Positions 12,601 through 24,705 of a DNA stretch of 64,000 nt are shown piece by piece. Origin of the DNA: Eledone cirrhosa (lineage: Eukaryota); the NCBI GenBank assembly GCA_964016885.1, contig OZ024741.1, positions 159,650,001 through 159,714,000 on the forward strand, read 5' to 3'. Under the pieces are notes generated by a model. It was not told where the DNA came from, did no database searches, and saw nothing but the letters and a program-made list of their open reading frames with translations. Numbering within the stretch: the first letter of the stretch is position 1; each line of letters begins with the position of its first letter. Position numbers and translations under genes: made by a program.

Positions 12601-15600
12601 TGTTGGTGTTGGTGGTGTTGTTGGTGTTGGTGATGTTGGTGGTGTTGCTGGTGTTGGTGGTGTTGGTGGTGTTGGTGGTGTTGTTGGTGTTGTTGGTGTT
12701 GGTGGTGTTGGTAGTGCTGGTGGTGTTGGTGGTGTTGGTGGTGTTGGTGGTGTTGGTGGTGTTGGTGGTGTTGTCGGTGTTGGTGGTGCTGGTGGTGTTG
12801 GTGGTCTTGTTGGTGTTGGTGGTGTTGGTGGTGTTGGTGGTGTTGGTGTTGTTGGTGGTGTTGGTGGTGTTGGTGGTGTTGGTGGTGTTGGTGGTGTTGG
12901 TGGTGTTAGTGGTGTTGGTGGTGTTGTTGGTGTTGGTTGTGTTGGTGGTGTTGGTGGTGTTGGTGGTGTTGTTGGTGTTGGTGGTGATGGTGGTGTTGGT
13001 GGTGTTGGTGGTGTTAGTGGTGTTGGTGGTGTTGTTGGTGTTGGTTGTGTTGGTGGTGTTGGTGGTGTTGGTGGTGTTGTTGGTGTTAGTGGTGTTGGTG
13101 GTGTTGGTGGTGTTGGTGGTGTTGGTGGTGTTGTTGGTGTTGGTGGTGTTGGTGGTGTTGGTGGTGTTGGTGGTGTTGGTGGTGTTGTTGGTGTTGGTGG
13201 TGTTGGTGGTGTTGGTGGTGTTGGTGGTGTTGGTGGTGATGGTGGTGTTGTTGGTGTTGGTGGTGTTGGTGGTGTTGTTGGTGTTGGTGTTGGTGTTGTT
13301 GGTGGTGTTGGTGGTGTTGGTGGTGTTGGTGGTGTTGGTGGTGTTGTTGGTGTTGGTGATGTTGGTGGTGATGGTGGTGTTGGTGGTGTTGGTGGTGTTG
13401 TTGGTGTAGGTGGTGTTGGTGGTGTTGGTGGTGTTGGTGGTGTTGGTGGTGTTGTTGGTGTTGGTGGTGTTGGTGGTGTTGGTGGTGTTGGTGGTGATGG
13501 TGGTGTTGTTGGTGTTGGTGGTGTTGGTGGTGTTGTTGGTGTTGGTGGTGTTGGTGGTGTTGGTAGTGCTGGTGGTGTTGGTGGTGTTGGTGTTGTTGGT
13601 GGTGATGGTGGTGTTGGTGGTGTTGGTGGTGTTGGTAGTGTTGGTGGTGTTGGTGGTGTTGGTAGTGTTGGGGGTGTTGGTGGTGTTGGTAGTGTTGGTG
13701 GTGTTGGTGGTGTTGGTGGTGTTGGTGGTGTTGTTGGTGTTGGTGGTGTTGGTGGTGTTTGTAGTGTTGGTGGTGTTGTTGGTGTTGGTGGTGTTGGTGG
13801 TGTTGGTGGTGTTGGTGGTGTTTGTAGTGTTGGTGGTGTTGTTGGTGTTGGTGGCGTTGGTGGTGTTGGTGTTGTTGGTGGTGTTGGTCGTGTTGGTGGT
13901 GTTGGTGGTGTTGGTGGTGTTGGTGGTGTTAGTGGTGTTGTTGGTGGTGTTGTTGGTGTTGGTGGTGTTGGTGGTATTGTTGGTGTTGGTGGTGTTGTTG
14001 GTGTTGGTGATGTTGGTGGTGTTGCTGGTGTTGGTGGTGTTGGTGGTGTTGGTGGTGTTGTTGGTGTTGTTGGTGTTGGTGGTGTTGGTGGTGTTGGTGG
14101 TGTTGTTGGTGGTGTTGGTGGTGTTGGTAGTGTTGGTGGTGTTGCTGGTGTTGGTGGTGTTGGTGGTGTTGTTGGTGTTGGTGGTGTTGGTGGTGTTGGT
14201 GGTGTTAGTGGTGTTGGTGGTGTTGTTGGTGTTGGTGGTGTTGGTGGTGTTGGTGGTGTTGGTGGTGTTGTTGGTGTTGTTGGTGTTGGTGGTGTTGGTG
14301 GTGTTGGTGGTCTTGTTGGTGTTGGTGGTGTTGGTGGTGTTGGTGGTGTTGGTGGTGTTTTTAGTGTTGGTGGTGTTGTTGGTGTTGGTGGTGTCGGTGG
14401 TGTTGGTGGTGTTGGTGGTGTTGGTGGTGTTGGTGGTGTTGGTGGTGTTGTTGGTGTTGGTGGTGTTGGTGGTGTTGGTGGTGTTGGTGGTGTTAGTGGT
14501 GTTGGTGGTGTTGTTGGTGTTGGTGGTGTTGGTGGTATTGTTGGTGTTGGTGGTGTTGTTGGTGTTGGTGGTGTTGGTGGTGTTGGTGGTGTTAGTGGTG
14601 TTGGTGGTGTTGTTGGTGTTGGTGGTGTTGGTGGTGTTGGTGGTGTTGGTGGTGTTGGTGGTATTGTTGGTGTTGGTGGTGTTGTTGGTGTTGGTGATGT
14701 TGGTGGTGTTGCTGGTGTTGGTGGTGTTGGTGGTGTTGGTGGTGTTGTTGGTGTTGTTGGTGTTGGTGGTGTTGGTGGTGTTGGTGGTGTTGTTGGTGGT
14801 GTTGGTGGTGTTGGTAGTGTTGGTGGTGTTGCTGGTGTTGGTGGTGTTGGTGGTGTTGTTGGTGTTGGTGGTGTTGGTGGTGTTGGTGGTGTTAGTGGTG
14901 TTGGTGGTGTTGTTGGTGTTGGTGGTGTTGGTGGTGTTGGTGGTGTTGGTGGTGTTGGTGGTGTTGTTGGTGTTGGTGGTGTTGGTGGTGTTGGTGGTCT
15001 TGTTGGTGTTGGTGGTGTTGGTGGTGTTGGTGGTGTTGGTGGTGTTTTTAGTGTTGGTGGTGTTGTTGGTGTTGGTGGTGTCGGTGGTGTTGGTGGTGTT
15101 GGTGGTGTTGGTGGTGTTGGTGGTGTTGGTGGTGTTGTTGGTGTTGGTGGTGTTGGTGGTGTTGGTGGTGTTGGTGGTGTTAGTGGTGTTGGTGGTGTTG
15201 TTGGTGTTGGTTGTGTTGGTGGTGTTGGTGGTGTTGGTGGTGTTGTTGGTGTTGGTGGTGTTGGTGGTGTTGGTGGTGTTGGTGGTGTTGGTGGTGTTGG
15301 TGGTGTTGGTGGTGTTGTTGGTGTTGGTGGTGTTGGTGGTGTTGGTGGTGTTGGTGGTGTTGGTGGTGATGGTGGTGTTGTTGGTGTTGGTGGTGTTGGT
15401 GGTGTTGTTGGTGTTGGTGTTGGTGGTGTTGGTGGTGTTGTTGGTGTTGGTGGTGTTGATGGTGTTGGTGGTGTTGTTGGTGTTGGTGATGTTGGTGGTG
15501 TTGGTGGTGTTGGTGGTGTTGTTGGTGTTGTTGGTGTTGGTGGTGTTGGTGGTGTTGGTGGTGTTGGTGGTGTTGTTGGTGTTGGTGGTGTTGGTGGTGT

Positions 15601-18505
15601 TGGTGGTGTTGGTGGTGTTGTTGGTGTTGGTGGTGTTGGTGGTGTTGGTGGTGTTGGTGGTGTTGGTGGTGTTGGTGGTGTTGTTGGTGTAGGTGGTGTT
15701 GGTGGTGTTGGTGGTGTTGGTGGTGTTGGTGGTGTTGGTGGTGTTGTTGGTGTTGGTGGTGTTGGTGGTGTTGGTGGTGTTGGTGGTGTTGGTGGTGATG
15801 GTGGTGTTGTTGGTGTTGGTGTTGGTGGTGTTGGTGGTGTTGGTAGTGCTGGTGGTGTTGGTGGTGTTGGTGGTGTTGGTGGTGTTGTTGGTGTTGGTGG
15901 TGTTGGTGGTGTTGGTGGTGTTGGTGGTGTTGGTGGTGTTGGTGGTGTTGGTGGTGTTGTTGGTGTTGGTGGTGTTGGTGGTGTTGGTGGTGTTGGTGGT
16001 GTTGGTGGTGATGGTGGTGTTGTTGGTGTTGGTGGTGTTGGTGGTGTTGTTGGTGTTGGTGTTGGTGGTGTTGGTGGTGTTGTTGGTGTTGGTGGTGTTG
16101 GTGGTGTTGGTGGTGTTGTTGGTGTTGGTGGTGTTGGTGGTGTTGGTGGTGTTGGTGGTGTTGGTGGTGATGGTGGTGTTGTTGGTGTTGGTGGTGTTGG
16201 TGGTGTTGTTGGTGTTGGTGGTGTTGGTGGTGTTGGTGGTGTTGGTGGTGTTGGTGGTGTTGTTGGTGTTGGTGGTGTTGGTGGTGTTGGTGGTGTTGGT
16301 AGTGCTGGTGGTGTTGGTGGTGTTGGTGGTGTTGTTGGTGTAGGTGGTGTTGGTGGTGTTGGTGGTGTTGGTGGTGTTGGTGGTGTTGTTGGTGTTGGTG
16401 GTGTTGGTGGTGTTGGTGGTGTTGGTGGTGTTGGTGGTGATGGTGGTGTTGTTGGTGTTGGTGTTGGTGGTGTTGGTGGTGTTGGTAGTGCTGGTGGTGT
16501 TGGTGGTGTTGGTGTTGTTGGTGCTGATGGTGGTGTTGGTGGTGTTGGTGGTGTTGGTAGTGTTGTTGGTGTTGGTGGTGTTGGTGGTGTTGGTGGTGTT
16601 GTTGGTGTTGGTGGTGTTGGTGGTGTTGGTGGTGTTGGTGGTGTTGGTGGTGATGGTGGTGTTGTTGGTGTTGGTGGTGTTGGTGGTGTTGTTGGTGTTG
16701 GTGGTGTTGGTGGTGTTGGTGGTGTTGGTGGTGTTGGTGGTGTTGTTGGTGTTGGTGGTGTTGGTGCTGTTGGTGGTGTTGGTAGTGCTGGTGGTGTTGG
16801 TGGTGTTGGTGGTGTTGTTGGTGTAGGTGGTGTTGGTGGTGTTGGTGGTGTTGGTGGTGTTGGTGGTGTTGGTGGTGTTGTTGGTGTTGGTGGTGTTGGT
16901 GGTGTTGGTGGTGTTGGTAGTGTTGTTGGTGTTGGTGGTGTTGGTGGTGTTGTTGGTGTTGGTGGTGTTGGTGGTGTTGGTGGTGTTGGTGGTGTTGGTG
17001 GTGTTGTTGGTGTTGGTGGTGTTGGTGGTGTTGGTGGTGTTGGTGGTGTTGGTGGTGATGGTGGTGTTGTTGGTGTTGGTGGTGTTGGTGGTGTTGTTGG
17101 TGTTGGTGGTGTTGGTGGTGTTGGTAGTGCTGGTGGTGTTGGTGGTGTTGGTGTTGTTGGTGGTGACGGTGGTGTTGGTGGTGTTGGTGGTGTTGGTAGT
17201 GTTGTTGGTGTTGGTGGTGTTGGTAGTGTTGGTTGTGTTGGTGGTGAGGGTGGTGTTGGTGGTGTTGGTAGTGTTGGTGGTGTTGGTGGTGTTGGTAGTG
17301 CTGGTGGTGTTGGTGGTGTTGGTGGTGTTGGTGGTGATGGTAGTGTTGGTGGTGTTGGTGGTGTTGGTAGTGTTGGTGGTGTTGGTGGTGTTGGTAGTGT
17401 TGGTGGTGTTGGTGGTGTTGGTGGTGTTGGTGGTGTTGGTGGTGTTGGTAGTGTTGGTTGTGTTGGTGGTGTTGGTAGTGTTGGTGGTGTTGGTGGTGTT
17501 GGTAGTGTTGGTGGTGTTGGTGGTGTTGTTGGTGTTGGTGGTGTTGGTGGTGTTTGTAGTGTTGGTGGTGTTGTTGGTGTTGGTGGTGTTGGTGGTGTTG
17601 GTGGTGTTGGTGGTGTTGGTGGTGTTTGTAGTGTTGGTGGTGTTGTTGGTGTTGGTGGCGTTGGTGGTGTTGGTGTTGTTGGTGGTGTTGGTCGTGTTGG
17701 TTGTGTTGGTGGTGTTGGTGGTGTTGGTGGTGTTAGTGGTGTTGGTGGTGTTGGTGGTGTTGGTGGTGTTGTTGGTGTTGGTGGTGTTGGTGGTATTGTT
17801 GGTGTTGGTGGTGTTGTTGGTGTTGGTGATGTTGGTGGTGTTGCTGGTGTTGGTGGTGTTGGTGTTGTTGGTGGTGTTGTTGGTGTTGTTGGTGTTGGTG
17901 GTGTTGGTGGTGTTGGTGGTGTTGTTGGTGGTGTTGGTGGTGTTGGTAGTGTTGGTGGTGTTGCTGGTGTTGGTGGTGTTGGTGGTGTTGTTGGTGTTGG
18001 TGGTGTTGGTGGTGTTGGTGGTGATGGTGGTGTTGGTGGTGTTGGTGGTGTTGGTAGTGTTGGTGGTGTTGGTGGTGTTGTTGGTGTTGGTGGTGATGGT
18101 GGTGTCGGTGGTGTTGGTGGTGTTGTTGGTGTTGGTGGTGTTGGTGGTGTTGGTAGTGCTGGTGGTGTTGGTGGTGTTGGTGGTGTTGGTGGTGATGGTG
18201 GTGTTGGTGGTGTTGGTGGTGTTGGTAGTGTTGGTGGTGTTGGTGGTGTTGGTAGTGTTGGTGGTGTTGGTGGTGTTGGTAGTGTTGGTGGTGTTGGTGG
18301 TGTTGGTAGTGTTGGTGGTGTTGGTGGTGATGGTGGTGTTGGTGGTGTTGGTGGTGTTGGTGGTGATGGTGGTGTTGATGGTGTTGGTAGTGTTGGTGGT
18401 GTTGGTGGTGTTGGTGGGGTTGGTGGGGTTGGTTGTGTTGGTGGTGTTGTTGGTGTTGGTAGTGTTGGTGGTGTTGGTATTGATGACGGTGGTGCTGGTG
18501 GTGTC
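3610..18505. repeat. ~15 kb GGT/GTT triplet satellite, basic unit GGTGGTGTT, with higher-order block duplications
   Basis: Directly visible. Rare marker variants (GTTTGTAGT, GGCGTT, GGTCGT, GTAGGT, TTTTTAGT, GGGGGT) recur in the same order in several blocks. Confidence 0.97.
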
Positions 18506-18569
18506 ATGGTCGTGTTGCCGATGATGATGGTGATGACCTTTACACTCACAAAGTCAATGTATCTGACCG

Positions 18570-18880
18570 TCGACACACACTTATACACACACATATACAC
18601 AAACACACATACAGACACATACTTACACACACACATACACATATACACACACAACACACAGACATACACAGATGTACGTACACATACACACATACACAGA
18701 TACTAGGACATACAGACATGCACACACACTCACATATATATCCACACATGTACACACAAACACACGCATACATATATATACATATAGTCTCACACACATA
18801 CACTCATGTACATATACTCATATACACATATTCTCACTGAAACACACATACTTACACATACATTCATATCTATACATACA

Positions 18881-18916
<36 letters not shown>

Positions 18917-19215
18917 CATACATACATATACTCACACACACACATGCACATATGCACACACACTCACATACACACACACATGCAGAAACACTCACATATT
19001 CATATACTTACACACACATTACACTTGCTCTCACACACCCATACATCCAAACAAACATACATATACTCACAGCCACACAAACACATACACACATGCACAC
19101 ACACACTCACGCGTACATACACACATACACATATGTATACACACACACATGCATACACACATACACATGCACATACAATCACACTCACATACATACGCAC
19201 ATAAGCGCACACACG
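18570..19215. repeat. Degenerate (CA)n/(CATA)n microsatellite
   Basis: Directly visible. Confidence 0.9.
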
Positions 19216-19483
19216 TCATTTTGCAATCACAGATTATTGTCAAGGTGTTACCGTTCGAGATATACCTCACGGCACACTCTCTCTCTCTGTCTCTCTGTCT
19301 GTCTGTCTGAGGATAGTAGACGTGTGTCATATCGCTCTGTGATTTGGATTTTTACCTGCTAATTTTGTGAGTGGATTTTTTTGAATTATTTTGTATAATT
19401 AACTGTAACCCCTAGTCTGGGACTCTAGACGTCGGGTAAATATATTTTCACCCCTTTTGGGGTGAAAAATAAATATTTGAGAA

Positions 19484-21244
19484 ATGTTTATCGATATCGT
19501 TGATAACGATATCGTCGAAAACGATATCGCCATATTGGAAGCGAACGCCACGCCGACCAAAAAAACAAGCGGGAAAGAGGGAACAACAGTTCAAACTGTT
19601 GAACAACCCCTCCTCTCCAATGAAAAAAAGAATTTCAATTCAAATGAAAAAATTAATTTTCAAGAAAAAAATAGCACCACAAATAAGGAAACCAACAACA
19701 TTACAACAACAAACAAAGACAAAATTTCTTTTGCCCAAACACTTAGGAGAGCCACGGAATACAAAGCCATTGACATCACGAACGCCAAGGAAAATTTGCT
19801 AGAGGCTAGAAAATACGTATCTTTTGGGGAGGATGGTTCTTTTACGATCAACTCCCCAGAAGAAGTGCGTGAACAGATTTACAAGAATACCGTAAGCTAC
19901 AGAACCATAACCAACGAAACGAGAAAGCCAGCGCAATTGACCGAAAGTCAAATCGAGCTGGTTCTGAAAGAAATTAAAAATGACATACTCTTTATTCAAA
20001 GAGGAAAGCTGTATGCCAGCATTATGGTCCGAATGAAGGACGAAATGCTGGCTCAGAAATATTCGGTGGCACCTATAGTGTCACCACATTACACCTTCTT
20101 CCCCACATATAAAGGAAGAAGAACACAAAGGATAAGAATGTGGAGCCCTACGCCAGAAATTAACATCTGGTCCGTCCTAACAGGATTTACCGACCTAGAT
20201 AAGGACATACTAATTTCAGCAGGGGAGTCCACCAGTGGACTGTTCGGGGGGAAAAGTCTGGAGGTTCTCTTACAGATGACACCTGAGAGAATCTCCGGAA
20301 TACCCGACCGAGTGCTACTGGATGGGCGAACCTACATAAATATCACAGTGGAAGGCAGGAGACCCTCATGTTACCACTGCGCTGGCAGAGGTCACCTGAG
20401 GACGGCCTGCCCTCTACTAACAACAAAAAAACCACTGCTACAAACACCACAACAACAACAAAAACAACCAGCACCACCATCACAAAAACAACAAAATACA
20501 CTACCATCACCACCAGAACAACAAAAACCAACAACACCACCACCACCACCACCACCACAACAACAACAACATCAACAACAGCTCAAGAAAACAACCCAAA
20601 ACACGGTCCCACCCAGCCCCACCCCACAGAACACAAATACAAAAACAGTTCATACACAACCCGGAGATATACCCCTCCCCTCCAATACGGAAGAGGAGCT
20701 CATATCGTCGGAAGACGAGGGGGCTCCCTTCCAAAAAGTGAAAAGAAAAAAACGTACACACACCACAACAACAAAAATAACCCCACCTGACAACACAACA
20801 CAGACAATAAAACGCAAACTCACTCAACAACAACAAGCAAAAACAAACACAACAACACAAAAACTCTACACATACATAAACAAAAACAATGAAAACCTAA
20901 CTTTAAAAATAGAAACCAACCCTTCGATACAAACCGAAGGGCCGAATTTCGTAACGGCAATGGGGCTCCCTAACCTGAAAATGGTGAAAATCCCACTTGA
21001 CATTTTTAAAACTTTAAAAGACATGTACCCTGAGGACGTGGGCCCACCCTGCACCAGGCCACTCAACCGCGTCCTCCTGAAAGGTTTTCCCCTCCCCTCC
21101 TCAAACACCCACACAACTCCAAAGATCCCAACCCCTCCACACACCAATACCCCCACACCACCACAAACCACCACCCCACCCATCAACCCCGCCACCAGCC
21201 CCATGGAAACTGAGCGACCCGAACCCCGGGACGCAGAGAGGTAA
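19484..21244 (+). CDS. LINE ORF1p (586 aa), zinc-knuckle nucleic-acid-binding protein with Q/P/T-rich disordered region
   Basis: CX2CX4HX4C knuckle CYHCAGRGHLRTAC preceded by ITVEGRRP; basic patch FQKVKRKKR; located directly upstream of ORF2. Confidence 0.88.
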   Translation: MFIDIVDNDIVENDIAILEANATPTKKTSGKEGTTVQTVEQPLLSNEKKNFNSNEKINFQEKNSTTNKETNNITTTNKDKISFAQTLRRATEYKAIDITNAKENLLEARKYVSFGEDGSFTINSPEEVREQIYKNTVSYRTITNETRKPAQLTESQIELVLKEIKNDILFIQRGKLYASIMVRMKDEMLAQKYSVAPIVSPHYTFFPTYKGRRTQRIRMWSPTPEINIWSVLTGFTDLDKDILISAGESTSGLFGGKSLEVLLQMTPERISGIPDRVLLDGRTYINITVEGRRPSCYHCAGRGHLRTACPLLTTKKPLLQTPQQQQKQPAPPSQKQQNTLPSPPEQQKPTTPPPPPPPQQQQHQQQLKKTTQNTVPPSPTPQNTNTKTVHTQPGDIPLPSNTEEELISSEDEGAPFQKVKRKKRTHTTTTKITPPDNTTQTIKRKLTQQQQAKTNTTTQKLYTYINKNNENLTLKIETNPSIQTEGPNFVTAMGLPNLKMVKIPLDIFKTLKDMYPEDVGPPCTRPLNRVLLKGFPLPSSNTHTTPKIPTPPHTNTPTPPQTTTPPINPATSPMETERPEPRDAER

Positions 21245-21267
21245 GTGCCTCTTTCTTTGCCACCAAC

Positions 21268-24200
21268 ATGGCTGTCTTAAGAGTGGGTTGTCTAAATGCG
21301 CGTGGCCTGGGCTCACCTTGGAAGCAAGCTAAACTTCTAAGTGACCTCAGGTCACAATGTGTAAATGTGATGGTTATTTGCGAGGCCCGGATCAGCAGCA
21401 TGCGACAGCTAACCCCCACCTTTGATGACTTTGAGATGCACGCATCTCTCTGTCAGCCCGGAGGTGGGGGTGGGGTTGTCGTTCTGCTGCAAAAACATCT
21501 GGGTCTCGCTACACAGACGGTACACTTGGACCCGGAGGGTCGACTCGTGGTTCTGGACCTTGGCAATGGCGAAGGCGAAGCTTTTAGGCTTGTCGCCGTA
21601 TACGCCCCTTTTGGGGCAATGCGGTCGGACTTCTTCCATCGTCTGGAGACTTTTCTAGGGACGTCCCGCTCCTTGCTTTTAGTGGGGGACTGGAATGGTA
21701 TCCTAGATGCACGTTGGGACTATGTAGGGGCATGTCCCGATAGAGGGGGGTGTAACAGCCTTAAGGGGTTAATCGGCCGATTCGACCTGGCCGATAGATA
21801 CCGACTAGATTTTCCGACTGTACCAACCTGGACCTGGTCAAATAACAGTGGTCAATCTAGATCGTACCTAGATAGGTTCTTAGTTAGAATTAAGGATAGG
21901 GACTTTTTAAGTTGTCCAGAAATGCTCATGGTGGGCTATTCAGACCACAAGTTAGTGACCTGCGTAGTCCACCTTGATAGAACGCATAGGCAGGGGCCCG
22001 GTTACTGGAAGCTCAACTTGTCCTTACCGGCAAGTAGAGCTTACAGGGACCGGATTAGAACCTTAGTTAAGGAGCAGTTGACGGGCGCCATCGTTAACAA
22101 CAGGTGGTGGGGCTCTCTAAAAAGAGAGATTAGAGTAGTTTCAATAGGAGTTAGTAAGGAGTTAGCCTCAGATAGAAATAGGAAGGAAAGGGAGTTGGTA
22201 GTTAATGTTGAAGAGGCAATGAGAAGCGGCAACGTGGCCAGAGTGCAAGCGTCGAGAACGGTCTTGAACCAGTTCTTCGACGCGAAACACGAAGGCTGCG
22301 TTGTCCGAAGCAAAATACGTGCTCTGGGAAACGAGGGGACCAAAGCTGTTAGCTGGGCCCGCGTGACAGAAGCGAAAAGTGGGATTAAATCCACTATCCG
22401 GTCTTTGCGAGACCAGGATGGACGGCTGATCCTTGAACCTAAGCAAATGTGCGAGGCCTTTCAAAGGCACTTTGCCCAATTGTTCGGGAGGGGCGGGGAG
22501 CCGGTTGGAGATGTGGATTTCGGTCCATACCTCGACGGCCTGCCGCGTCTTTCGGACAGGGAGGCGAGGTCCTGCGACGGGCCGATCTCAGCTGCAGAAA
22601 TAGGGGACGTGCTGAGCCTATGCGGCAAACGCAAATCTCCAGGACTCGATGGTCTGCCCTACGAACTATATATTAATATGCCGGACTTGTTCCCCGATCT
22701 CCTCGAGGCGGTCTACTGCAACTGGCAACAGAACGGGAGAATTCCCTGTTCTGTGACCAAGGGCGTAGTCTCGCTAGTGAGGAAGGACGAGAACAAGGGG
22801 GATGACATTAGTAATTTTAGGCCCATAACTCTGCTAAATGCAGAGTTAAAGATTTTGGCGAAGGTGTTAGCGAAGAGGTTGGCGCTTGTCGTGGGGGGCC
22901 TGGTGGGAGATGCGCAGACATGCGCTATCCCGTCCAGGTCCATCCACGACAACCTCCACCTCATGCGATACATCATAGAGAGGGTTGGGAACGAACCCGG
23001 CTTTGGTGGGGCCCTGATAAATTTAGATCAGTCTAAAGCGTTCGATAGGGTGGACCATGGTTACCTGGATGCGGTGCTAGCGGCGGCTGGGTTCGGACCC
23101 GTTTTCAGGGGCTGGATCACTGCCATGCACAGCAGCCGCATCTGCTCTAGAATCAAGGTGAACGGCTACCTTTCGGAGCCGTTCGAAATCACCCGCTCCA
23201 TCCGACAGGGGTGCCCTCTCTCCTCCCTTCTGTATGTATTGACTCTCGAGCCATTACTGCGGAAGTTGGAGTTGTTGCAGGGCATCCCTTTGGAACCGGG
23301 ATTGCGCAAAGCGGTGTCGGCCTACGCCGATGACGTAACAGTAATGGTGTCGACCGCCTCGGAAATCGAGGCAATCGGCACCTTACTAGAGGAGTACGAA
23401 AGGTTGACAGGGGCTAAGCTGAACCGGGACAAGTCAGTCGCTTTGCAACTCGGCGAGTGGAGGGGCAAAGCGATGTCGTGCGACGGTATCGTCGGACGGT
23501 GGACGGAGGGCCCGGTGAAGTTGCTTGGGGTCTGGTTCGGACCGGACCTCCAGGTGGAGAAAAACTGGGGTGAGGTGACGAATAGGGTGTTTGCACTGAC
23601 CCAGAAGTGGGCCGAGTGCAAACTATCCCTAAAAGGTCGGGCGGAGGTGGCGAACGCTTACATAGCGTCCGTCATCTATTACCGCTTGACTGTCGTGCCT
23701 TGCCCGGGTGAGATCCTCGCCAAAATGGAGCGCGCCCTCTTTTATTTCCTTTGGAAGAAGAGGTCTCCTCTAGTGAGGAGATCCATCTGCTGTCAACACC
23801 CTTTGAAAGGAGGGCTGGGGATGCCGTGGCTAAAAATGCGTAAACACGCATTGAGGCTAAGGCACCTCCACGTATTCCTCACCGGTCAACCGGTGTGGGC
23901 CCCGTTTGTGAGGCGAGCCTTCCCGAGGCTCGTCTCGCTCACCGAGCTGCAGTCCTGGGTGAAGCAAAGACCGAGAAAACTGGGCGACTGGCACACCGAG
24001 TGTGCCCAGGCGCTCACGGCTCTCTGGCAGGCGGACCCGGCTATCGACGGAGACTCCACCTCGTCATTCTATAGAGGGCTGGTGGTTAGCGGGTGCGACG
24101 ACGCCCTCGGAGAAGCCCTAGGCATGGAGGAGGACGAACTGGCCAGTCTATTCGGTAGGACTTTCGGCCCGGGACCTATGGACAACTTCCAGAAGTCCTT

Positions 24201-24705
24201 GGCCTGGCAGTGCTACCGAGGGGCTCTGCCCGTTCGGGATAAGCTCTACAGACACGGGCGCCCGGGTAGGGACCCCTCGAAAAAGATCTGTCCCAGATGC
24301 GTGCGCGACGAGGAAACCGTCGCGCACGCATTGGTGCACTGCCCGGGCGTTGCCGATCTGTGGGGCTATGTTGAACAATTGCTGTCACGGGTGGGACCAA
24401 TTAGGTTGACCACCGAGTCCATTGTAACGATCAAGCCGCCTCCCCCCTTCAAAAATGAAGGAGAGGCGGTCTTCCTCTGTGTAATAGCCATGGTAAAAGA
24501 GGCTATATGGTGGACGCGTCTGAAAGGGCTGAGGTCGGACACCTTTCTCTCCGGCCAACAACTGGTCCTTTTCTTCCGATACCATTTCGGAAGAAGGATC
24601 AGGATGGAGAGAGAGGTACTCCACTCCAGCCAGTTTTATGAAAGGTGGGTGAAAGTTGCGAGAATGGCCCGTGTGAATGGGCCTTCTCTCTACCTCAGCC
24701 TGTAG
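21268..24705 (+). CDS. LINE ORF2p (1145 aa): APE endonuclease, reverse transcriptase and C-terminal CCHC motif
   Basis: APE motifs LNARGL, GDWN, LDRF, SDH; RT motifs KSPGLDGL, FRPITLLN, DQSKAFDRV, RQGCPLS, YADD; GGLG and CPRC-x8-H-x4-C typical of L1/Tx1. Confidence 0.95.
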   Translation: MAVLRVGCLNARGLGSPWKQAKLLSDLRSQCVNVMVICEARISSMRQLTPTFDDFEMHASLCQPGGGGGVVVLLQKHLGLATQTVHLDPEGRLVVLDLGNGEGEAFRLVAVYAPFGAMRSDFFHRLETFLGTSRSLLLVGDWNGILDARWDYVGACPDRGGCNSLKGLIGRFDLADRYRLDFPTVPTWTWSNNSGQSRSYLDRFLVRIKDRDFLSCPEMLMVGYSDHKLVTCVVHLDRTHRQGPGYWKLNLSLPASRAYRDRIRTLVKEQLTGAIVNNRWWGSLKREIRVVSIGVSKELASDRNRKERELVVNVEEAMRSGNVARVQASRTVLNQFFDAKHEGCVVRSKIRALGNEGTKAVSWARVTEAKSGIKSTIRSLRDQDGRLILEPKQMCEAFQRHFAQLFGRGGEPVGDVDFGPYLDGLPRLSDREARSCDGPISAAEIGDVLSLCGKRKSPGLDGLPYELYINMPDLFPDLLEAVYCNWQQNGRIPCSVTKGVVSLVRKDENKGDDISNFRPITLLNAELKILAKVLAKRLALVVGGLVGDAQTCAIPSRSIHDNLHLMRYIIERVGNEPGFGGALINLDQSKAFDRVDHGYLDAVLAAAGFGPVFRGWITAMHSSRICSRIKVNGYLSEPFEITRSIRQGCPLSSLLYVLTLEPLLRKLELLQGIPLEPGLRKAVSAYADDVTVMVSTASEIEAIGTLLEEYERLTGAKLNRDKSVALQLGEWRGKAMSCDGIVGRWTEGPVKLLGVWFGPDLQVEKNWGEVTNRVFALTQKWAECKLSLKGRAEVANAYIASVIYYRLTVVPCPGEILAKMERALFYFLWKKRSPLVRRSICCQHPLKGGLGMPWLKMRKHALRLRHLHVFLTGQPVWAPFVRRAFPRLVSLTELQSWVKQRPRKLGDWHTECAQALTALWQADPAIDGDSTSSFYRGLVVSGCDDALGEALGMEEDELASLFGRTFGPGPMDNFQKSLAWQCYRGALPVRDKLYRHGRPGRDPSKKICPRCVRDEETVAHALVHCPGVADLWGYVEQLLSRVGPIRLTTESIVTIKPPPPFKNEGEAVFLCVIAMVKEAIWWTRLKGLRSDTFLSGQQLVLFFRYHFGRRIRMEREVLHSSQFYERWVKVARMARVNGPSLYLSL

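Noticed and set aside
2894-18524. Long plus-strand poly-Gly/Val and poly-Val/Leu ORFs
   Set aside because: They are translations of a stop-poor triplet satellite, with starts in microsatellite and no domains.
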